Shown: positions 25,355-32,743 of the stretch, piece by piece
How the letters are laid out: each line of letters starts with the position of its first letter
How positions within the stretch are numbered: the first letter of the stretch is position 1
Origin: Candidatus Micrarchaeota archaeon
GTDB taxonomy: Archaea > Iainarchaeota > Iainarchaeia > Iainarchaeales > JAGVWC01
Reading direction: 5' to 3'
DNA length: 64,000 nt
NCBI GenBank assembly: GCA_043803815.1
Contig: JAZDJR010000014.1
Location: forward strand, 40,389-104,388
The notes under the pieces: model-generated
Seen by the model: the letters and a program-made list of their open reading frames with translations, nothing else
Database searches by the model: none
What the model was told of the DNA's origin: nothing
Position numbers and translations under genes: made by a program

Positions 25355-26869
25355 TCATGCTCCGGATTGGCTTAAGGTGGGGCGAAGCAGGACGCGGTAG
25401 GGTTTTCGGTTTTCAATCCGGACTCCGGCGTCGTTTTGGCCGACAATGGAAATTTCACAGGAAATGTTTTCGAACAAGGATTGGTTTACGTCGCTTGGTT
25501 TTGCGGCGGAGACAAAAAATCCGATTCCGTTGGCGCTGGCGGTTTTCAAATCATTGAGGATGAGTTCCTGTATTTTCCAGTCCGCTTGGCGGCCCAAAAG
25601 GTTTTCGATTTCGGGCAAAGCGATTACGGCTTTGACGGGTTTTGAATTGCCCTGCGTTTTGTAATAATCGTTTAGTTCGCGGATTAGCGCGTGCAATAAA
25701 ATCAGTTTGGCGCGGTTGTCCCATTCGTTTAGCTTGAGCAGGCTTGCGCGCCCAAGGCCGGTTCCCCAGCTTTTGGCCAGTTCATTGACTTGGTTTGGGC
25801 CGTTGAATACTCCCGGATACCGGTTTTCAATGAGCAGGCAAAGGCGAACCGCTTTTCGCAGCTGGAATTGCGTTCTTTGGTTTTTGGGCTGCAGTATGCC
25901 GATTCGTTCGATAGTTTGGCTCCAGTTTTGCGCCAGATTGTTGGACAAAATATCGTGTATAACGCTTACCGCGGGGGTTTGCCCGGTCCGGAACAAATCC
26001 AATGCCGCCATTACGTCGATTTTGGACAGGTTGATTTTGACGTTTGAGGGAACCGTCATTTCCAAAACCGGAAATCCGATGGGTTCCAAAGAAACCTTGT
26101 TTTTGGCAAGTTCGGTTCGGCTGGGATTCTGGTTTTGCAGGCCGTCCAGATGGTTTTTGGGGTCGAATGCCAAAACACCCGTGGAAGAAAGCAATGCACT
26201 TTCCACAAATACCTGCAATAAGCGGTAGCGGTCCTGCGGTGTTCCTCCGGAAGCCATTGTTTTTTTGAACAATACGAACGGTTCCTGAATTACGGTTTGG
26301 TTTTTGTCCAGGCCAAGCCAGAATTGGCCCGTATTGGGGTATTGCACGTCGACCGGTTTTTGCTCGGTGTTTTGAACGGCTAAAGTTTGAATGGAAGCGC
26401 CGCTTAATGCCAGCCAGTTTAAAGGGGATGAAAAAAAAGCGGTTTTTTGCTGGTCGGATGCCTCGTGAAGCGGCCTTATTTCAAGTGAAAGCGCTTTGGC
26501 TCTGGCAAGCACCAATTTTTCGGCTTGCTGCAATTGCGTTTCAAGCGTTTGCAGTTCGGAATTGATTTTGTCGGTTTCGTTGATGCAAAAAACGGGTTCG
26601 CTTTGAACGAATAAGAATCCGAAAAATCGGTCTTGGCTTTTTTTGGTTATCGCAAGGCCGCTTCCCGAAAGCAGGACCAATAGCGGTTCGGGGTCTTCTT
26701 TGGTGACAAACGCTTTGTACAGTTCAAGGGCCAGGCCTGCGGATTCTTCGGCGGTTTTTTTTTCAAAAACCACGACCAATAATCGCCCGGCGTTGTCCGT
26801 CCAGATTTGGGTTTGGTGGCCCTGGCTGTCGCCTTCGGACAATATTTTCCAGTTTTCGCTTAAAATCAA
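25355..26869 (-). CDS. HerA/VirD4/DUF853-like P-loop protein with degenerate Walker motifs
   Basis: FWLG...KKTMASGGTPQDRYRLLQVFVE...GVLAFDPKNHLDGL...VIALPE...GIGFFVSAAKPSDV; TTG start at 26869. Confidence 0.65.
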   Translation of the reverse strand: MILSENWKILSEGDSQGHQTQIWTDNAGRLLVVVFEKKTAEESAGLALELYKAFVTKEDPEPLLVLLSGSGLAITKKSQDRFFGFLFVQSEPVFCINETDKINSELQTLETQLQQAEKLVLARAKALSLEIRPLHEASDQQKTAFFSSPLNWLALSGASIQTLAVQNTEQKPVDVQYPNTGQFWLGLDKNQTVIQEPFVLFKKTMASGGTPQDRYRLLQVFVESALLSSTGVLAFDPKNHLDGLQNQNPSRTELAKNKVSLEPIGFPVLEMTVPSNVKINLSKIDVMAALDLFRTGQTPAVSVIHDILSNNLAQNWSQTIERIGILQPKNQRTQFQLRKAVRLCLLIENRYPGVFNGPNQVNELAKSWGTGLGRASLLKLNEWDNRAKLILLHALIRELNDYYKTQGNSKPVKAVIALPEIENLLGRQADWKIQELILNDLKTASANGIGFFVSAAKPSDVNQSLFENISCEISIVGQNDAGVRIENRKPYRVLLRPTLSQSGA

Positions 26870-26969
26870 CCCATCGCCTTTCGATAGGTTTAATGAATTT
26901 TGAAGTATAAAAAAACGGGTGGCTTCAACCAAAGGCCATTTAAATACCTTTTTTCCTATTTTTAGCGTT

Positions 26970-27527
26970 ATGGTCGACCGTGAAGTCGTATTGTCCACCA
27001 TCCGAAAAATGCTGGACGCGGGCCTAAACGACCAGGTCATTACCACTACTTTGTCCGATGTCGGTTTGACCCCTGCTGAAATCAAATCGTATCTTGGCGA
27101 AGCCAAAAAACCGGTCGATTCCCGCCAAGCGCGGGCTTCTGTCGAGCCTGTTGTTTCAGCGGAATCTTCATTGGATTCTTCGGCTTCTTCCGATTCGGAT
27201 TCTTCGGTTTCCGATTCTGTCCAAAACCCGCTAGCCGAAGAAAACGAGTTGCTGCATGAAACCACGCATTTGTCCTTGGCGGAAAACCAGGAAGTCTTGC
27301 AGGAGTTGACCGACCGCTTAAGCCGCATCGAATCCTTATTGGCAGCATTATCCAAGATTCCAGTTTCGGAACTGAATATCAAAATCGGCTCTTTGGACAA
27401 GAAAATTTCGGACAATATCCGCGAAATTGCGGATGTAAAAGCACAGACTTCCGCTTTGCTGGAAATACTGGAAAAAATTCTGGAAACCGACCGGAACACG
27501 CTGTTGGAACTTCAAAAGAAAAAATAA
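26970..27527 (+). CDS. Hypothetical protein: small helical N-domain, Ser/Asp linker, coiled coil
   Basis: MVDREVVLSTIRKMLDAGLNDQVI..TL.DVG; TTTAAA about 27 nt upstream. Confidence 0.8.
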   Translation: MVDREVVLSTIRKMLDAGLNDQVITTTLSDVGLTPAEIKSYLGEAKKPVDSRQARASVEPVVSAESSLDSSASSDSDSSVSDSVQNPLAEENELLHETTHLSLAENQEVLQELTDRLSRIESLLAALSKIPVSELNIKIGSLDKKISDNIREIADVKAQTSALLEILEKILETDRNTLLELQKKK

Positions 27528-27564
27528 CTGTCCGTCTCGTCGCCGCTGGCGGGCTGTTTTGGGT

Positions 27565-27777
27565 TTAAGCGATGCGGTTGGTTTTTATCCCGTTCAAATA
27601 AGATTTGATATTTTGGATTGTTTCTTTTCGAAGCCTTGCTTGGGCTTTGGGGGTCATCCAGCCAAAGTGCGGGGTCAAATAGGCGTTGTCGAGTTTTTGG
27701 AATTGTTTTCGAATTTTGGGTTCTTCGATGGCTTCAAACCATGCGTAAAAATACAAAAAAATAAACGCGGTTTTCAT
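27565..27777 (-). pseudogene. C-terminal remnant of a D-isomer 2-hydroxyacid dehydrogenase
   Basis: LDNAYLTPHFGWMT.KAQARL....IQNI..YL.G...NRI matches the TPH.[AG]W.T C-terminal motif; no NAD-binding domain upstream. Confidence 0.65.
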
Positions 27778-27837
27778 GAATGGTTCCGACTGTTCCAGCT
27801 TTTACCATTTAGCGGTTGAGCGGGAAACCCCGCGACT

Positions 27838-28716
27838 TTAGGATTCGATGTACAGAACGGTTATTCTTCTGAGGGACACTCCTTCCTTGGATGTGCCGGC
27901 ATCAAATTCGGTTGATTTTATTTTTAAATAGGATACTCCGCTTTCCGTTTCTTCTATTAGGACCGTGTCCCCTGCGTCCGATTCATAGATTCCGTTTAAT
28001 ATTTTTGGCTCGTACGTTCCCGCGTCGGTTCGAGTAAGCACGTACCACCTCACGAGGTTTAGGCCGTAGGTTGTCGAAACGCCGGGCGAAAAGAAGCTGT
28101 CGGTTCCGCCCGTATAATCCAGGCCGAAAAATACTTTTTTTACATTGCTGCCAACGAAGGCTTGGATCTTTCGGTATCCCCCGCTTTCAAACAAATTTCC
28201 TTTAACGTAATGATGAATTGAGAGGCTCAAGGGTTCTGCTAGGGCCGCGTTGGCGGCTTCCAAATCGGAGAGGCAGGAATTTTTTTCTCCAAGTAAAGTT
28301 TCTTTCATGGCATTGCAGTCATTGAACTGGTTTTGAACGCCGGCTTTTGCCTCAATGCACGTGGTTAACTGGGAACTCAAGGAGGCAGCCACGGCATTGC
28401 AGTCCGCGGATACCGGGCAAACCGGGCAGTCGCAATCCACCTCCGGACAATTGCAATCGGGATTTGCCAGACTGGTTTTACAGGTTTCTTTTTCTTCAAG
28501 GCAGTTTGAAAGGTTTTCATTCACTTGATTGTATTGAACCCGCAGTTCATCCAAAGTAGCTGCCGCGTTTTCAGTATTTTCCCCCGTGTTTTCCGGAGAA
28601 ATCTGCCGTTGCAACGGAGGAGTGCTTGCGTTTTGTTCCGGCTGGCTAAGGGTACAGCCGCCCAACAGAATCAAACCGGTTACTACAAAAAAAAGAACCA
28701 TTATTTTTGCTTTCAT
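27838..28716 (-). CDS. Putative lipoprotein with Cys-studded coiled coil
   Basis: Lipobox LLGGC; CNCPEVDCDCPVCP; periodic Cys in coiled coil. Confidence 0.75.
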   Translation of the reverse strand: MKAKIMVLFFVVTGLILLGGCTLSQPEQNASTPPLQRQISPENTGENTENAAATLDELRVQYNQVNENLSNCLEEKETCKTSLANPDCNCPEVDCDCPVCPVSADCNAVAASLSSQLTTCIEAKAGVQNQFNDCNAMKETLLGEKNSCLSDLEAANAALAEPLSLSIHHYVKGNLFESGGYRKIQAFVGSNVKKVFFGLDYTGGTDSFFSPGVSTTYGLNLVRWYVLTRTDAGTYEPKILNGIYESDAGDTVLIEETESGVSYLKIKSTEFDAGTSKEGVSLRRITVLYIES

Positions 28717-28973
28717 TTACCGGTGCCCCGCTACCGGCAACAAAAAGGCCGTTCTAATATTTAAGTTTTTGCATCCCGCCGCTTTACGACCTCGTCGTTT
28801 TAGCCCGTGTTTTTGTTAGCAGTATAGATTTTCCAAACCAAAGACTGAAAAGTTTGGAACTCCAAAAGAGCAATTTGATTTTTTTTAATTGAACGAAAAA
28901 TTTGAACGAAAAAATAACCGCTTTTTGGATTTTCGATTTCGAATTTCGTTTTGTTTTCTCTGGATTTTTTTCT

Positions 28974-29540
28974 TTATTTGAACAGCTTGAATAATTCGTC
29001 CATGATGTTTTTGGCCCCTTTGGCGATTCGCAAGGGAAGGTTTTTGGACTGCAGTTCGCCTTTTTTGGCGGAAGCAAAGTCGCCGAGTTTTCCGCCACTG
29101 GCTTTGAATCCTTTTTCCAAAATATCGGTTTTTGGATACTGGCCTTTGGCGCTTCCGACATCGGTCTTGAGTTCCTCGTAGTTTTCCCTGGCTTTGCGGT
29201 AAACTTTTTTTCCGCCGAAAATCGGGTAAGAAAGCAAAAACAGGGCTATCAATACGCCGCCTAAAATAACCGCCAAAAAAATTTGCTGGACAACCACTAA
29301 CAGTATGATTCCGGCGACCAAAAACAGTGGAATCCAGTATTCGTTCTGCAAAAATTCTTTTTGGCCGGTGTGCCAAAAATATCCGGCAAGAAAAAAACCG
29401 GACATCCAAAGAACCGTTTCCAATGTGGGTTCAAGCCACACGGCCAAAGCGCCGATAACGATTGAAAGCCAATAGGTTTCCGAACTGGCTCCCAGCAGAA
29501 TCAGAATGCCGGAAACCACCAGCAAAAACGGGTTGGTCAT
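28974..29540 (-). CDS. Small membrane protein, group B paralog
   Basis: GILILLGASSETYWLSIVIGAL; several TM segments and a basic tail. Confidence 0.75.
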   Translation of the reverse strand: MTNPFLLVVSGILILLGASSETYWLSIVIGALAVWLEPTLETVLWMSGFFLAGYFWHTGQKEFLQNEYWIPLFLVAGIILLVVVQQIFLAVILGGVLIALFLLSYPIFGGKKVYRKARENYEELKTDVGSAKGQYPKTDILEKGFKASGGKLGDFASAKKGELQSKNLPLRIAKGAKNIMDELFKLFK

Positions 29541-29551
29541 GATTTTCTCCG

Positions 29552-29872
29552 TTAATATCCCGGCGGCGCGCCCATTAGTCCGCTTAAGTCTCCCATTCCT
29601 CCGGCTCCGCCGTACGGGTCGGGTTGCTTGTTTTCTCCGGAAAGCGCCAAGGACAAAATAATGAGCCCGAAAATGATGTACAGCGCATTTTCCTTGATAT
29701 TGCCCTGAAAAACAAACACCAATACAAGGGCCGCAATCACCAATACCAAGGTATTCCAGCCGCGCATGGTTAAAATCATGAGCAGCCCGACGGCAAACGC
29801 GAGCCAGTAGGCGTCATAGGATGCCGCGAGCATGATGATGACTACGCCGGTCAAAAAATTCATGGTGTCCAT
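29552..29872 (-). CDS. Small membrane protein, group B paralog
   Basis: GVVIIMLAASYDAYWLAFAVGLL; Gly/Pro-rich tail. Confidence 0.8.
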   Translation of the reverse strand: MDTMNFLTGVVIIMLAASYDAYWLAFAVGLLMILTMRGWNTLVLVIAALVLVFVFQGNIKENALYIIFGLIILSLALSGENKQPDPYGGAGGMGDLSGLMGAPPGY

Positions 29873-29881
29873 ATTTTTGAT

Positions 29882-30124
29882 TCACTTTCCGGGGGATTTG
29901 TCCCAGAGTTCTTTTCCAAAGGTGGCGAATAAAAACAAAAACACGGTGAGCCAGACCAGTTCGCGGTATTGGAATACGGTCAGGTAAACGATGACTGCGG
30001 CAAAAATAATGGCGAGTTTGGAGCTGCCCAAAGAGCCTTTGGCCCAGCCGAACAGCCAGATGAAAAAAAACAGAATTAGGGCGATTTCGACATTGCCCAG
30101 CAATGCGTCGGTGTAAACGTTCAT
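29882..30124 (-). CDS. Small membrane protein, group A paralog
   Basis: 80 aa from MNVYTDAL; WAKGSLGSSKLAIIFAAVIVYLTVFQY. Confidence 0.8.
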   Translation of the reverse strand: MNVYTDALLGNVEIALILFFFIWLFGWAKGSLGSSKLAIIFAAVIVYLTVFQYRELVWLTVFLFLFATFGKELWDKSPGK

Positions 30125-30126
30125 TT

Positions 30127-30450
30127 TTATTCGCCTTTCCAAAACAAAAATCTTGCAAACCATGTAATAAGGGATGCTCCGCCAAACGCCAGCAGAATGG
30201 TGAGCAGGTAAAAGCCGCTGGCAATAAGGAAGTATTTGAACACGAGAAAATAAATCAGTATCGCGCTGATGATAATGGTGGGCATGCCGTCTCCGATGGA
30301 GCCGCGCACGTTCATAAAAATGGCAAACGACAAAACGATTCCCATGACGATTTGGGCCTGCGGAACCAGGATTAACACGACCATGGAAATGGCCACCAGC
30401 ACCACGGCAATCAGGATGTAATACAGCAGTAAGTTTCCGTTTTGGTTCAT
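30127..30450 (-). CDS. Small membrane protein, group A paralog
   Basis: NVRGSIGDGMPTIIISAILIYFLVFKY. Confidence 0.8.
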   Translation of the reverse strand: MNQNGNLLLYYILIAVVLVAISMVVLILVPQAQIVMGIVLSFAIFMNVRGSIGDGMPTIIISAILIYFLVFKYFLIASGFYLLTILLAFGGASLITWFARFLFWKGE

Positions 30451-30628
30451 TTTTCTCACATTCCATTTATTTTTTTTGAATCGTTTGCTTGATTTTTTTA
30501 ATCTTTTTTTGGCCGGTTTTCGGATTTATTGATTTTGTTTTTCGGCTGTTTCGTTGAATTTATTCTTTTTGATTTTTTTATCGGTTTTTCATGTTATTTT
30601 ATTCTTTTTTTTGGTTAATCGTTTTGAT

Positions 30629-31027
30629 TTAGCCCGGCGGCGGCGCGCGGGGCGGGTGTCCTCCTCCGCCGTGCGGGGCTTTGTGCAATATGTCTTGCCG
30701 TGCCTTGGCGTCCATGCTGTTGGGGCCTTCCATTTCTCCGCCTTTGACGTGGCGCGCCTGAAGCGGCGTTGACATGAAGAAAAAATCAATCAAAAAGCCC
30801 ACAAAGCCAAGGGCCAAAACCATATACAAAATGTAAACCGGCCCGAATATTTTCCACGAATCAAAAATCACAAAATAGGCGAGTATGGCCATGACAATCC
30901 AGGCCATGGGACCCTTGCCCAGATGGTTGAGCACAAAGGACATTATCATGACTAAAACGAGAATTTTGAGGATAATGTTGAAATCCTGGAACATCTGGAA
31001 TAATTGCATGCCGGTAATGGGGTTCAT
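30629..31027 (-). CDS. Small membrane protein, group A paralog
   Basis: FVLNHLGKGPMAWIVMAILAYFVIFDS; Gly/Pro/His-rich tail. Confidence 0.8.
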   Translation of the reverse strand: MNPITGMQLFQMFQDFNIILKILVLVMIMSFVLNHLGKGPMAWIVMAILAYFVIFDSWKIFGPVYILYMVLALGFVGFLIDFFFMSTPLQARHVKGGEMEGPNSMDAKARQDILHKAPHGGGGHPPRAPPPG

Positions 31028-31124
31028 ACGGCAGATTAGGTTTTTAGGAAAATAAAAGGTTTTTGGGGTCGATTGACGAAATCGGGCGGGTTTTTTAATC
31101 CCTTTTGCTCTATAGTGATTTAGT

Positions 31125-31316
31125 ATGTCGGAATACGACTTTTACCTCAAAAACGACCTAACCCGGTTTAGCGGAGAATGGGTGGCCATTTTCGGCGAAA
31201 AAGTAGTCGGTCACAATAAGAGCTTTAAGGAAGTCGCCGAAATGACGGACCGCGAGTTTCCGGGAAAAAAAGTCTTAATTGCACGTGTTCCAGAACCGAT
31301 TGCGCAGTTGTTGTAA
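31125..31316 (+). CDS. DUF5678-like small protein
   Basis: F.GEWVAI.GEKVV.H.K...EV...............VP pattern. Confidence 0.75.
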   Translation: MSEYDFYLKNDLTRFSGEWVAIFGEKVVGHNKSFKEVAEMTDREFPGKKVLIARVPEPIAQLL

Positions 31317-31317
31317 T

Positions 31318-31737
31318 ATGTCTTTTTTGTTTCGTTTCCGAAAAGACCGCGTTGAAGACGGATGGGTATCTCGGCCCAAAATCAAAATTACGCTGATTCA
31401 CCAAAACAAAAGCAAGGAAGTCATCGCCGTTTTGGACACCGGTTCGGACCTTGTTTTTATTCCGGCAGAAATCGCGGAATATTTTGATTTGGCGCTTTCC
31501 GAAAAGGAATTAATTGCGCAAGGCATTGAGACGAATTTTTCCTACAAAACCGCCAAAATTCAAATCAAGCTGGAAAACCCGCATAATTCCTACAAAAAAT
31601 CGGTTTCCGTCATGGTTCCCGCCAAAGAAACCATGCACCGCGACGTTATTTTGGGTTCGGAATTCCTGAAAGACTTCTCGGTTCTGTTTGATTACCCGAA
31701 CGAAACCGTAAAACTGACCCAAAAAACAAAAAAATAG
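31318..31737 (+). CDS. Retropepsin-like aspartyl protease
   Basis: RP.I.I.L...AVLDTGSD...ILGSEFL; starts 1 nt after the DUF5678-like gene. Confidence 0.85.
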   Translation: MSFLFRFRKDRVEDGWVSRPKIKITLIHQNKSKEVIAVLDTGSDLVFIPAEIAEYFDLALSEKELIAQGIETNFSYKTAKIQIKLENPHNSYKKSVSVMVPAKETMHRDVILGSEFLKDFSVLFDYPNETVKLTQKTKK

Positions 31738-31749
31738 AATGGAAAATGC

Positions 31750-31832
31750 GCGTACTGAGAATCCAAGGCGGATTGAATTCCTAGCTTGTCCAACCGGACT
31801 AAAACCGGCCAAACGCCCTAGCACCAGCACAC
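31750..31832 (-). ncRNA. Candidate 83-nt three-way-junction small RNA
   Basis: 9-bp closing stem GTGTGCTGG/TCAGTACGC and two internal hairpins, with many G-U pairs only on the minus strand. TTTATA about 24 nt upstream, T-run downstream. Confidence 0.55.
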
Positions 31833-31922
31833 TCAAAATATTGCATTCGATAAACTATAAATAAGTATGCTTTCGGTTAATTGCCGAAAACCGTTAGGAT
31901 CACCGTTATATTTTGCCTATTA

Positions 31923-32738
31923 TTACGCTCTGCTTAGGGTGTGCTGCCGTGGTCGCAAACGCGTTTTTGTTTTCGCAGCAGGTTCCTCAACTTTAAATTT
32001 TTGCCGTATGGCTCGCATTTGTCCTAATCGAAGCCAAATCGCCTGTGCTTGCAAGTTCTCCCGCCAAAATCGAAGCCCTTTTTTGGTAATGCCTCCGTTG
32101 GATTCCAAGTATCCGTTCTGAACCATTTGTTTTTCCCAAATTGGAACTTGCAGGGCATCCATTTTTTTCGGAGGGCTAACCCATAATAAAAGTATGGCGT
32201 CTTCGCCGTGTTTTTCAAATAAGTTTCGGACCCGACTTTGCCGCTTTACTGTCTGAATAAAACTTGGCAATAATGTGCTCAGTAAAGCAAGTCCTCTAAT
32301 CGGATACCCATATTTTATTGCAGAAAGCGCGAGACCGGCAACCGTGACTCTGGGTAATGCGGTAAAACCCTGACTATAATTGGCCAATGCTTCCAAATAG
32401 AGATTATTATTTGGATTAGCATTCGTGGGTTCGAGCCATTGAACCGCTTTTTTTTGGAACGCGTATTTTTTTTTCAAGCGCCCGATGCGGCTTTTACTAT
32501 TAACTGATTTTAATCCGGGAACAAACTCTTGGGGTCTGGAAAGTATTTGCAATCCGTGGCGGTACTCATGTGACAATACTGATTCATTTCGTATGCTTCG
32601 AACGGAGTGAGTGCTTATATTATAATTTGGGTCCGTATTGGAACGGTCAATAATTGGTTTCAATTCCGATATGGGAATTCCGGTAATTTGAGAAAATCGC
32701 TTAAACAGGCGTTCCGTGCTAAATGTGCGTTTTTGCAT
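31923..32738 (-). CDS. Basic hypothetical protein with HExxH motif
   Basis: LSHEYRHG followed by YLEALANY (gluzincin-like third ligand) and a hydrophobic hairpin; starts 5 nt after giant protein 1. Confidence 0.65.
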   Translation of the reverse strand: MQKRTFSTERLFKRFSQITGIPISELKPIIDRSNTDPNYNISTHSVRSIRNESVLSHEYRHGLQILSRPQEFVPGLKSVNSKSRIGRLKKKYAFQKKAVQWLEPTNANPNNNLYLEALANYSQGFTALPRVTVAGLALSAIKYGYPIRGLALLSTLLPSFIQTVKRQSRVRNLFEKHGEDAILLLWVSPPKKMDALQVPIWEKQMVQNGYLESNGGITKKGLRFWRENLQAQAIWLRLGQMRAIRQKFKVEEPAAKTKTRLRPRQHTLSRA

Positions 32739-32743
32739 AACCG

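Noticed and set aside
26870-27499. N-terminal 210 aa of the 714-aa ORF
   Set aside because: It is the antisense shadow of the plus-strand gene 26970-27527; a TTG start at 26869 fits better.
30466-30628. T-rich low-complexity spacer (also 28800-28970 with atttcg repeats)
   Set aside because: No convincing ORF or periodic unit; treated as compositional intergenic sequence.
31750-31832. tRNA-Sec (9-bp stem, TTCAA)
   Set aside because: Only two internal arms; no anticodon, variable and T-arm order.
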